Source: Vicugna vicugna
Taxonomy: Eukaryota
DNA length: 64,000 nt
NCBI GenBank assembly: GCA_013265495.1
Contig: MU057809.1
Location: forward strand, 558,001 to 622,000
Direction: 5' to 3'
Below the pieces are notes generated by a model. It saw only the letters and a program-made list of their open reading frames with translations, made no database searches and was not told the origin of the DNA. Below are positions 12,601-24,000 of this stretch, in pieces. Positions within the stretch are counted from its first letter, which is position 1. Every line of letters begins with the position of its first letter. The translations under genes and the position numbers were made by a program.

Positions 12601-14014
12601 GAGGTTCTGACTGGCTGTGCGCGTGGTACTTGCGGACCTCTACCTCTTGATAGCAGGGGCCCGTCCCGCCCTGTCGGGGCACAGGCTCCATGTTCAGGCC
12701 TGAGAGGCAGGCAGCCACTGGGGTCTGGAGTTGGGGCACGGGGTGCAGAGCAGGGACTCAGGCTCCCGGCTCACACCGTGAAGACAGGAGCAGGCCGGGT
12801 GAGACCCAGGTGAGGCATCGGGACCCTGGGGGTCCTCCCTCGGCCTGCACACGCCCTCACACTCACCCCGCACTCACGCAAGGCCGCGCCCCCGCCCGGC
12901 ATCAGCTGGACCTCGGGCCCTTCTCCCCGCGGCCTTGGGCTGGGCGCATGCCCATCTCCCCACACGAGGTGGGGCACAGACTCCCGCTCAGCGCCCCCAG
13001 GATCCCATCCCAGCTGGTCACCCAGAGCCCGGAGCCCCCTCCTCAGGCCTCAGTTCCTCGTGTGGAACACAGAGACGGCCGGGCAGCGCTGACAGTGACA
13101 GGACCGTAGAGGAGCACTGCCCTGCCCACCTCCCCAAACCCCTCCTCCTCCCCCGTGCCGACCCGAGGGTCCCGCTGGCGCCCCTGGCAGGTAACGCTGC
13201 AGGGCCCAGCCTGGTGAGTTCGGGTTCTGTGGGTGCCGCCCACCCCTAGTCCCGCTGGGACGTCTGCCTTCGTCGCCTGAAGGTGACAGCAGTTGGAGTC
13301 CCCTCGCCCATATGGCCAGCTACCCTTTGTCCCTTCCCCACCCACCCTGTGGTGAGGGGAGGCCAGGCCTCGGCCCTGACACGGGGGGAACCGGGCGGGA
13401 AGGGGCCCAAGGGCCCACCAAAGCCGGGCCCCTCACGGAGCCCAGGGCCAGGGAGACACTCCTCTCCCCACCCTCCCACACCCGGGGGCCTGCACTCCCC
13501 GCCCACAGTCCTGGGAGAGGCAGTGGCACTTCAGGTCACGTGGGTGTCCCCGTGGCCGTCACCCCGGCCCAGCGGGCGGGGCTGTGGCACTTCCGGGCAG
13601 GGCACCCTGCACATGGCACCCAGGCTGGGCGGCAGGTCTCAGGGCTGCATTCCAGCCCCCAGGAGTGGCCATCAGGCCAGTTCCACGTGCCCCCTGACCT
13701 GGGCAGTAGGAGCTCCACGAGAAACAAGCCACATGGGGCAAGGGGTCCCGGGGCTCCACCCAGGGTCGGGCAGGACTCGGACACTGTGGGTCGTCATACA
13801 GGCAGCAGCGTGATGGCCGACGGTCAGGGGCTCAGGGACCAGGGAATCTGAGTGGTGGAAGCAGGGACCAGGGAGGAGGGAGGGCCTCGCGGCTCCCTGG
13901 CGGCAGGTGACTGTGGCCGACCAGGGGGCTCTGGGCTGAGGGGCACAGTCCTGTCCCCGAGGGCCTGTCTGGCCTCATGACTGAGGTTTGGAAGGACCTG
14001 GGTCTGTTTTCAAT

Positions 14015-14032
14015 CACAGCGCCCCCTGGTGA
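14015..14032 (-). promoter_or_regulatory. CTCF motif
   Basis: TCACCAGGGGGCGCTG matches the CCACCAGGGGGCGCTA consensus at 14/16. Confidence 0.6.
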
Positions 14033-14659
14033 TCCTGCTGAGGGGGACCCGGGCAGGCAGGGGACCCTGTCTGAAGGGGCACAGGGGAGACGGACACCTG
14101 CTGAGTGCTGGGCGCTCACAGGGAGCAACGGGAGACTGGGGGCGTCAGTGTGCGGGAGGGGACGGCTTCACTCTTAAAGCTGGGACACTGGCCTGGAGAA
14201 AGCAGCACCGACTGGGGCACCCTGGGGCCCTCACAGGAGACGGCCCTGTCCCACGGGGCCCCAGGCCAAGTTCTCTGGCGTAGCCCCCACGCCAGGACTC
14301 CACGCAGCTCTGCGGCGACGGGAGGGGTGGTAACGACACTGGCGGGCTCCGGTGCACCAGGTTCCTGGAGCGCAGCCGAGGGTCTCGGGCCCTGCGGCCC
14401 GCCCAGGGTGGGAGGGGAGACTGGTCCGCCTGAGTCCTGACAGGCTGAGCCGCGGGCGACGCCCAGCAAGTCCCTCTCGCCCTGGCGCCCGGCACCTCTC
14501 CTCCCGATGTGGCCAGAAGGAGGAGCTGATTGGGCAGCAGGGAGGAAGGGGACCCTCGTGTCTCCACATGGACACCCCACTATGCCCACCTGGGAGCAGG
14601 CTGGCCCAGCAGACCAGGGAGGCAAACTACACCAGCAGCCACGTAGGGAGTTCAGGGCG

Positions 14660-14665
14660 TTTAAT
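14660..14665 (-). terminator. INTS1: INTS1 polyadenylation signal (ATTAAA variant); 3' UTR about 14640-14927
   Basis: ATTAAA about 265 nt after the stop, followed on the minus strand by GU-rich GTGGCTGCTGGTAGTTTG; no AATAAA seen closer to the stop. Confidence 0.75.
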
Positions 14666-14927
14666 CTGAAACCAGCCCCAGCCGTGATTCACCAGGACAC
14701 GAGAGTCTCCTTCCAGCCGGGCTGCGCCCTGTCACCCTGCAGGCAGGACAGCCTCTGGGCAGGCGGCCCTCCCAGACTGGTGGCGGGGGGCACCGGCCGT
14801 GGCTCTGAGTGCTGCCCCGCCTGACCCTGGGGCGGTTCCTCCCCTCCTGGAAGACGCCACCGCTGGACCAGAGGCCTCCGGGCTCGGCTGGGCACCCCGG
14901 CGGGCGTGCAGTTGGCCAGGCGCAGGC

Positions 14928-15043
14928 TCACATCACGGCCTCCATGTGCAGGACCCTCAGGGCCTCAGAGATCTGGGCGCTGGTGTCCACCTGGCCGTAC
15001 ATGCCCACCAGGAAGGCCCGGTGCAGCAACACAGCTGCGTGCT
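14928..15043 (-). CDS. INTS1: INTS1 exon 48 (coding part, stop codon)
   Basis: (E)HAAVLLHR...LHMEAVM then TGA at 14930-14928; 116 nt. Confidence 0.96.
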
Positions 15044-18000
15044 CTGCGGGACAGACGAAGACCCTGTCAGGCCATGCAGGTCTGACAATCTGGCCGTGAT
15101 GGGCAGGTCATCACGTGGCTCTGCAGCCTCTGGCCCTTTCCTGAGAGCCTAGCCCTGGGGCCCGAGGGCTCTAGAGGCACTGGGTGCTGGGCGGGCGGGG
15201 CAGGGATGGGGCTCACCTTGGCAGAGGAGGGTGTACTCTGGCAGGTTCCGGAGGGCCGTCTGTGCCACCTCGAAGTCCCGGCTGCCCAGGCAGTACATGA
15301 ATGTGGGCAGGAAGTCGGCCGCGATGCTGAAAGAGCCACGTGCTTGGTGGGCACTCCAGCCCTGGCCAAGACCCCGACTCCGCCCCGGAGGCCCAGGCTG
15401 GTCCCGCCGGACAGGGTGACGCCGGGCTCACCTGGGGTTGTTCTGGATGGAGCGCAGAGCCAGGCTGAAGGCCAGGCTGCGGCAGGACTCCTCGGCGGAG
15501 CCCATCAGCCGCTGCAGGCTGGTCTGCGAGGGGAGTGGGGGTGTCAGCAGGGTGACTCTCCCATCCAGCGCTCAAACCCTCAGCCTCAGGCCAGCCTCTG
15601 ACGGCCTGTGGCCACAGCAGAGAGGGCCGTGGGAATCCCGCCCCCCAAGGCCCAGCCACTCCCTGGGCTTTGGGACCTCAGCACCCGTGAAGCAGCGCAC
15701 CCCAGTTCCAGGTCTGCCTATGAGCACCTAGGGCATGGCCGACTTGACACACTTGGTGCCCGCCCCCCAAAGCCCAGTCGCTGAGGGCCCTGCGGGGTGA
15801 CGGCAGGAACAGGGGCCCCACGTGGCTTCACCCTCCCATCCCAGGCTCTGAATCGCACCCCAGGTCCTCCCAGCATGTGGCGTGAGCCTCACACACACCC
15901 CAGCTCCCTCACCGAGAAGAAGCCCAGGATCTCGGGTCTCCGTCGGGACATCTCGTCCACATCGCTCAGAGCCTCCAATAGATCTGTGCCAAGCGGGGGG
16001 CTCGTCAGGGCTGGACCACGGCCCCGGCGCCCTGTCCACCATGCAGCCCAAGGGCAGGAGGGGTGGGGGCCAGGCAGGGACCCTGGCTCCCCGGGTGCAT
16101 AGGCCTCCTGGAACCTCCACACCATCCTCAGCGCCTGCTCAGGCCCAGGAGCCCCGGCCACTCCGGACGGAGCACACCAGGGATCTCCAGGCTTCCCAGC
16201 CCCACCAGGTCCCCAAACCCGGGTGCTGACAGAGAGGGAAGTTTTCAGAGGTGTGCACCCCTGAGCCCCTTTTCCGGTAGGTCTGAGGGGCCCAGGTGCC
16301 TGCATTTGTGCCAGGCCCCCCGGGTGCACTGTCCCTGGCCGGCCTGAGCCACGCTGCAGACACATGGCCCTGCCCCAGGCACTGGTGGCCACTCGGGCCC
16401 TCAGCTCCCCCGCAGAAGACCAGGGGTTGTCGGCCAGGGCACTGCTGGGCCTCTCTTCCCCTGTGTCCACGGGGACTCCGGGGGTACCCCAACACTACTG
16501 GCCCGTAGAACAGTGCCCCCGGCCTCCAGCCCCTGCTTCTTCCTCTAACAGCCTCTCTGCCCGCACCCCTCCTGCAGCCTGGCAGGCGCCCTGCCCTCTC
16601 CTGGCTGCCCCAGCAGGAGACACCTGGACAGCCTGGGTCGCAGTGGGATCCGAACACCACAGGAACAGAATGGGAGGCTACTGCCCACCACAGGGCTGAG
16701 CTGGCCTGGGGGAGCCAAGCCCCCAAACTCACCCTCGACCGTCTGGCCCCGGGAAAGCCTCTTCATGTAGGGGGCCATCTCCGCTGCGGTCAGAGGGGTG
16801 AAGAGGGAGACGCTGACCAGGGGCAGGGAGCCAGCAGAGCCCTCGTCTGCAAGACAGGAAGCCGGTGCCGTCGGGCTGGAGATGAGACAGCCCACCCCAG
16901 ATATGCCATCCACGAGGGCCCTGGGAGGAGGTGCGCCCGGGGCAGCGGCCCAGGACACACTCAACACTGAGGGACACCTTGCTGAGCAGCGCCCAGAATC
17001 ACAGGAGACCCCCGGAGACGCGGCCCCCGTCCCAGGCTGAGCACAGGGCCTGCGACACCAGGGGCGCTCGATGAACGCAGTGAACAAGAAGCCTGCTGGG
17101 GGCGCCTGGGAGACTGCGCTTTCCTCCTGGGCTTCGCCTGCTGCTGCTCCTTCCTGGGCCCACCTGCCACCCAGGGAGCGTGGCCGGCAACCTTCCCTGT
17201 GCCGCTCGGGCGCACAGCAGGTGCTCAATGAAGGCGCCTGGCACAGGGCACCGTGCTTAGCGTGTCCACGGGCAGCCAGGAGTTCCGCTCAATACGTGAC
17301 TCAGCAAAATTGGGGCAGGATGGCCATGAAGGGCCAGCAACGGACCCAGGCCCGTCACTCAGCTCGTTCACTCATCCACCTGGCTGTGGGTGCCAGGTCA
17401 CCACTGGGCTGTAAAGGCCACAGGATGGAGACGGGGGACAAGGACAGAGAACAGGAGAACATGGCTGGCTTCCCAAGGACAGAGGGGTGCTGTGTGGTCA
17501 CACTGGCCACAGTGCCACTCGGTGCTTCGTATATGCCATGGATTTGGGGCCATCGATGCCCCAGGGACACCCAGGACAGCCCAGCCTGCTGCCCCTTCCC
17601 AGAGGAGCTCCGGGCCCTGCTCTCACCTTCGCCCTCCTCATCCAGGCCTCGGTCGGCCCTGCCGTCCCTGCTGGGAGGGCTCAGCCCTGCCAGAAGCGAC
17701 TTGAGCATCACCAGGTCGCTGCTGTCAAAGGACAGGTCGCTGGGGGAGCAAGGTTCTCTGTGAGGACCACGCCGCAGGTGGGAGGCAGGCGGGGGTCCAT
17801 GGGGAGGGGCTCGGGGGGCGTCCCCGGGGCCAAGGGAGGGAGGCGGGGAGCCAGCTCAGAACAGCCCTGGTTCTGTGTCCAGAGCCGGGTGCCACGCCTG
17901 GCCCATCCCTGCTGTCCTGGGGCCCCCACGCTGCGGGTGGCATCCTTCCCACCGCCACGCCCCTCCTGGCAGCCCCTGGTGGGACCCTCGCCGCGAGAAG

Positions 18001-21000
18001 CCTGGGTTGGACGCGCACTCACTGGAGCACGTCGGAGTGTTTCTGCAGGAAGGCGATGGCCGCCGGGGCGTTACAGGTGATGTACTTGTGGGTGAACTGC
18101 ACGAACTTGTTGATGAAGGGGGCCAGGTGGCGGGAGGACTTCCTGTAATTCTGCAGAGAGAAGCCAAGCGAGGGGGCATTCAGAGCAGAGACCGCATGGT
18201 GAGCGCACCCTGGATGCCCCGGCATGCTGCCTTCTGCTGGGCAGCATGCTAAGGTCCCAGAGGATCAGAGGTGGCCCTGCCCCTTGTGAACCCTGAAAAA
18301 CATGGGGTCTCCCAGGCACGTGGGCAGCGGGGAACCTTCCCAGGGTGAGGCTGCCAGGCAGGGGCCCTCCTCTGCAGGGTCCCAGCAGTGCTGGGAAGCC
18401 CCGCAGCCCCTGTCTGCCCTCACCCAGCAGCCCTGGGTGGAGGGGAGCGGATCCCCAGCCCTGGTTAGAAAGACCAGGCCTGCCAGAGCCACGGGAGAAG
18501 GGGGGGCCGAGATGAATGGGAAGTGGGTTCAGAATGATGGGGGCAGGGTGGGGGGTGGGCTGAGAAGGGTGCAGGGAGAGGGACGAGGCCACATGCCCCC
18601 TGAGGTCCCGGCCCCTGTGCGTGGCCCACACCCTAGCCGTGGTGTCCAGAGGGCAGGGGCCAGCAGAACAGGATGGCCTTCCCCCTCCCCTAGAGCCCAG
18701 GCTGGGCAGGTGGGCGGGTGGGCAGTGGGGTGGGGGCAGCACCCACCAGGAGCAGGCGGACGAAGGAGAGCAGGCAGTCCCACAGCGCCCCCTGGTGCTC
18801 GTTCTGGAACACGTGCGGCTGCAGCAGCTCCAGGACGCCCAGTACGTGTAGGAAGAAGCTCAGGTGGTTCTGCTGCCGGAACTCCTGGAAGTTGAGGTGC
18901 GTGCGGCCGTGGAGGAGAGCGGCGATCATGGGCAGATGCCTGGGGGCGACGCGAGAATGCTGGGTCCTGCCTCCCCTCCCCCACCCAGAGAGCCAACACC
19001 CCGGCCCCACGAGCTTCTCATCCTCGCTGACACCCCGACTGGGCGTGTGGGGCCTCTGCATCCCCCTGGTTCTGGGCCACTCGGAGGCCCCTCCCGCCGA
19101 GGCTCCTTAGGGAGCTGCCAAGGGCCTCGAGCCCCTGCGAGGACCAGCTTCTGGCCATAGTGTGCATTCCCGAAGGAGCGCCTGGAGTGGAGGCCCGCTC
19201 GGGGCTAGGGCAGGAGGGGCACCCGCCCCTGAGCTTGGCTGGGGGCGTCCCCTGAGCCCGCAAAACCACCGGGCCGCAGGCAGTACCTGAGCAGCAGGAG
19301 TGGGTGGGCCACGGCCAGCTTCCGACAGGCCATGTTGGCGTCCGCCACTCGGTTCTCAGACGCCCGGGAGTCACCGGTGTCCGCGAGGAGGGTGATAAAG
19401 CGGTGGATGAGGCCGTCCAGCTGGGAGGAATGGACGGTCAGAACCGAGGGCTGCCGTCGCGCCCTGCCTGCCCCCGCCCCCGAGTCTGCTGCCCACCGCT
19501 GCAGGGGCTACAACAGGGCTCGCTGTGCAGGGGCGGACCCCTGGGGCCAGGGTCCCCAAACCCCTTGGGACCCCCATGGTGACCCAGAGAGCTGCCCCCA
19601 GTGCTTCCTGGCGCTTTTGAGGGTCAAACAGGCCGCAGCTGAAGTTCCCAGCCAATCTCAACACATAGTGTGTGCACTCAGCCTCTCCCCACAGACAGAG
19701 GCAAAGGCGCTCGGTACCAGAGCCAAAACCACTCCACGCAGAGAAAACCAACCTCACAAATACAGCGTAAGTTCAGTGTGTAAGACAACACGTGACACAC
19801 AAAACAGAGAAAACCAGCTGCAGAGACGTCCGCATCCCTCCATCTTGCGAAGCAGGGCCGGGAAGCGGGGCCGGGGAGAGCCCCCACGCCACGGCGGGCG
19901 GGCAGTGGGCAGGCTGGTCCGCCGCGGACCTGAACTGCACTGCTGGGGGGCCCACTGACGTGCAGAGACAGAGAGGGGCGGCCTGGGGCGGGAGGCGCAG
20001 GACCGCCAGAGACACGCCACCCTGGCTGTCATCACACCTCGCGGCCTGCTGTGGGGCGAGGGGGCCGTGAGCCGGCACCTGCCCTGCTCTGCTCCACACC
20101 CAATTACTTTAAGAAGTAAAGTTTGTTACCAGACCTTCCAAGGGATCGGACAGGCGAAGGTGGTGGGGCAGGCGCTGCCCTCGGACACGCCACCACCACT
20201 CGCCAGGTTCCTATGGTTTTTAAACCCAAAATAAAGCTTCTCCGTTTCCCAGTTGGGGTTTCCACTTCTAGAGAACCGGAGCGGCCCGCTAAGCCCCAGT
20301 GGACCTCACCTTGCATATGCTGCTGCCGGCGGCCCCCTCGCTGTGCAGCAGGACCTCAGGCACGGGCACCCGGAGCTCCGGCCGCTGTAGGTAGAGCTGC
20401 ACCAGCAGGTCCTGGCAACACCTGCCCAACACGCTGGAACAGACCAGATGTGGGGTTGCTGCGGGCGGTGCCCAGAGCTGGGCGGTGGGCTTCTCGGCAG
20501 GGGCTCCAGGCCCGCCACTGGCCCGCCTCATGCCCATGGTGATCACGTCTGAGGGGCACCTGTGGTCACATGGGCGAGAGGACAGGGCGGGGCTCCTGAG
20601 CCCATGGGGCAGGCCCTCACCTGTCGCCCCACTGCTGGATGCAGCCTGTCAGGTGCGCTGCCACCTTCCTGACGCTCTGGTCCTCCCCGCGGCAGCAGCT
20701 GAGCAGCAGGGGCAGCCGGGCCTGCAGGAGGCCGCAGGCACCGGCGTCCCCGTCCTGGCTCCGGGCCTCTGCCTCCGCCAAGACCAGCTCCACCAGGCCA
20801 ATGAGCTCCGGGGCCCGCACCCGCAGCGCCAGCTCCTCCCGCCGCCTCTGCAACCATGCGTCCGCCAGTCAGCCGGGCAGGGCGGGCTTGCATGCCCGCC
20901 ACCCACTCGCCCTGCGGGCAGGGTGTGCCCCGAAACCTGCCTGGGGGGTGCGTTGATCCCGCCCCTGCCAGACCCGAGGGACGTGGATGCAGGCCCAGAG

Positions 21001-24000
21001 GAAGTCCAGGGAGGCCGAAGGGTCGAACCTGCAAGGAAGCCCGGAGCCCGGGCTGAGCAAGGCAGAGGGGACAGGGCAGGACAGCCCTGCCAGTGGGAAT
21101 GGACGTGGGCCCCCGCTGACCGCTCTGCGCCTCGTGTGGCCCTGCCCACCCCCCGCAGCACAGCGCAGACAACGGTGGTCATGTGCTCCAGGGCAGTGGG
21201 TCTGGCTGAAGAGCCCTTGGTCCCTGAGGAAGCCAGGGAAGGGCGCTGGGTGGGATGCCCCGGGGCCCCCAGCTGCTGTCTGCACTCGGTGCCGGAGGAG
21301 CTCCAAGCAGGGTGGCGCTGGCCGTGAGGTCGAAGGAGCAGACCTGGGGGTTAGGGGAGGGCCTCACCTCTGATCCCGGGCCTTGCCCAGCAGGACGTGG
21401 ATACACTGGTGCAGGGTGGACCAGCTGGACTGGTGCGTGAGGAGGGCCAGGAGGTAGGGTCGGAAAGACGGCACCTGGGGGCCAGGGTGGCCTTTGCCCT
21501 GCAGAAGGAAGAAACCTGGGATGGTGCCCGCTGGGCGGACCAGCTCTGCTGACCAGGGTCAGCACACAACAGCCCACCTGAGCTGCCACAAGGCAGGGGA
21601 CGGGTCCATCTTGAGGCAGAGCTGGGGCTCCTGCCTGGTGGGCAGCACTGGCTGCCCAAGTACCACCTGGCACGGCCGGTCACTCCAAGGTTAAACATGT
21701 GCTGAACTGAATCAGCTCCTCAGAGATGAGGAAATACGCTAGCAAGACACAGGGTGCGGGAGCACGTGGGCGGGTGGGGGGTGCGGGGACGTGACCACCA
21801 CTCCCACACACACAGGCCCGCCGGCATGCGGCGAGAGTGCACAGCCTCATCCCGGCCACCCACTCAGCGTCTCTGCCATGGACTGATAAGCAGGGGTCAC
21901 CCCCGCCACCCCTGCAGAGCCCTGACGTGGGCTCCAGCCCCCTGGAGGACCCCACTCCTCATCAGGCGGTGCTGGGCTCCACTCTTGCTCCTGCCAACCG
22001 GCGCCTCCTGGTCCGTGAGGACCTGGGCCCACAAAGTACCGACCCCACTCCTTACCGCCTGCCCCAGAGACCACATCTGGCCAGTTGTGCTGACCGGCTT
22101 AGAGGAAACAAGGGGCCCATCTGGCTGATGAGAACCAGGCAGGGGACTTTGCTAGAACCAACAGGGAGAGCCTACCCTCCCCATGGGGGTGCCGGGGGAA
22201 CACGTGGCTCAGAGCATCGTGTGGGGGCACAGCCCACCTTGCCCCGGGAGAACAGGAGCCTCTGCTGCAGGTCAGGGCAGCTGCTGATCACCTCAGGGTC
22301 CAGCATCTCCAGCCAGTCAACAAGGAGCCCTGAGCAGGGTCCCAGCCGCAGGGCCTCTAGGCTGAAGGGAAGGAGGGGCGGGCTAAGGCGTGGCCAGCCC
22401 GGTGTCCCCTGGGCTGCCCCTCAGTCCGGCCACCACCCCCCCAGCTCACCTGCAGCTGCCAGAGTCCTGCTTTCCCGGGGGCTCCTCCTCCTGCAGCAGC
22501 AGTGAGCTCACCACTGCCACAGGCCTCGAGGCTGGGAAGGCAGAGGGGGCAGAGAAGAGGGCGGCCAGCAGCTCCTCCAGGTGAGGCGACCTCACCTCAA
22601 TCAGACCTTGGAGGACTACAGGGGACGGAGGGGGCACCCTCAGACCACCTGACTCCAGCACAGATGTCCCACCCCCACAGGCCCGGCTCTGGGGCCCCCA
22701 AGGCGGGGACCTCTGTGCCGAGTGGCATGGCTGGGGGTCTTCACCATGCCAAGGGCCCAAGTACCTTTGCTGACGAGCTCGGGCTCCACCTCACACTCTT
22801 CCCCAGACCTGAGGGTGGCGACGACTGCCCGGACAGTGGAGCTGACCACTTCGGGGTCCCCGCGGAAAGTCAGGGCCTCCGCCAGGTGCAAAAACCCACT
22901 TCGCACTGCGGGGGGGGGGGGAAGGGGCGGGGCCTCCGTGTGAGCCACCAGACTCCCGCCCATCCGCCCTGTCCAGGGCCGGGGTGGGCGACTCTCCTCC
23001 GTTACGTGTTCACTTTCCTCCCCCAGGAGCCTCCGAAGCCCCGACCACCAAACCACTCAGCCACACACACGCTGCCGCCGCCCCCAGCCCCTCTGCACGA
23101 GCGGTCTCCTGGACACAGTGGCGGACAGCCGGGGGCCCCTGCCTGGCCCTCACCATCACTGATCCTGCGTCGAGCGGAGTACTGGGTGGCGAACAGCTTG
23201 AGCTGGGCCTGCAGGGGCCCGGGCTCCACGGCGGGACTGTCCAGCCACTGCAGGGTCTGCATAAGCACTTTGAGGAAAAGGGACGAGAAGCCGGTGTCCT
23301 GGGGCACACAGCGCTGGGGACAGAGGGCAGCACAGCTCAGGGAAGACCACAGGCCGAGGGTAGCCGCTCCACCTGCCACTCAGCAGGGCCCCCGCTGTCC
23401 CCTGAACTCGCAGAGATCCTTTCAAACCCCACTGCCTGTGAGCTGTCCTGTTTGCAGCTTATTCTCACATGGTTCAGAGAAAAGGCTAAAAAAACACGCA
23501 CACACGCGCAAGCATGAGTGACAGAACACACTCACGCCAAGGAGCAGATGAGGACGATGTGTTAGAGCTACTGAACCCAGCAGTGGGCATGCAGTGAAAC
23601 CCTGACCCCTCCTGCCTTGTTTGCGGGAAGTTTCTGTGACAGAGACGGGATCTACCCCGGACCCACAGCAGAAGTTCCTCCTTTCACTTAGGAGCAAGAA
23701 CGGAAGTCCTAGGACAGAGTCAGGACACCGTTGGCCAGGACCCAGGAAGGCCTGACCCCAGAAGGCACAGGCCTCAGGGGGGTGGGGACTGGGGACAGAG
23801 GCCCTGCCGGTGCACACCGCCCAGGCACAGGGTGCTGCCGAGGCCCCACCTGGTACTGGCAGAGCAGGCGCATCAGGGGGCAGGCGAGGAAGTGGTGCCG
23901 GTGCATGGACATCACCAGGGCCCCGGCGTGCGGGGAGCTGAGCAGAGTGGCGACGGCCTGCAGGAGGCGCACTGCGACACCTGGCACCTCGGGGCTCCCC

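Noticed and set aside
13832-13875. Direct repeat CAGGGACCAGGGA twice
   Set aside because: Short, purine-rich, expected by chance at this composition; not an array
20229-20236. AATAAA in INTS1 intron 39 (also 8151 and 41749)
   Set aside because: On the plus strand, antisense to INTS1, or within an LTR; no upstream plus-strand gene to terminate
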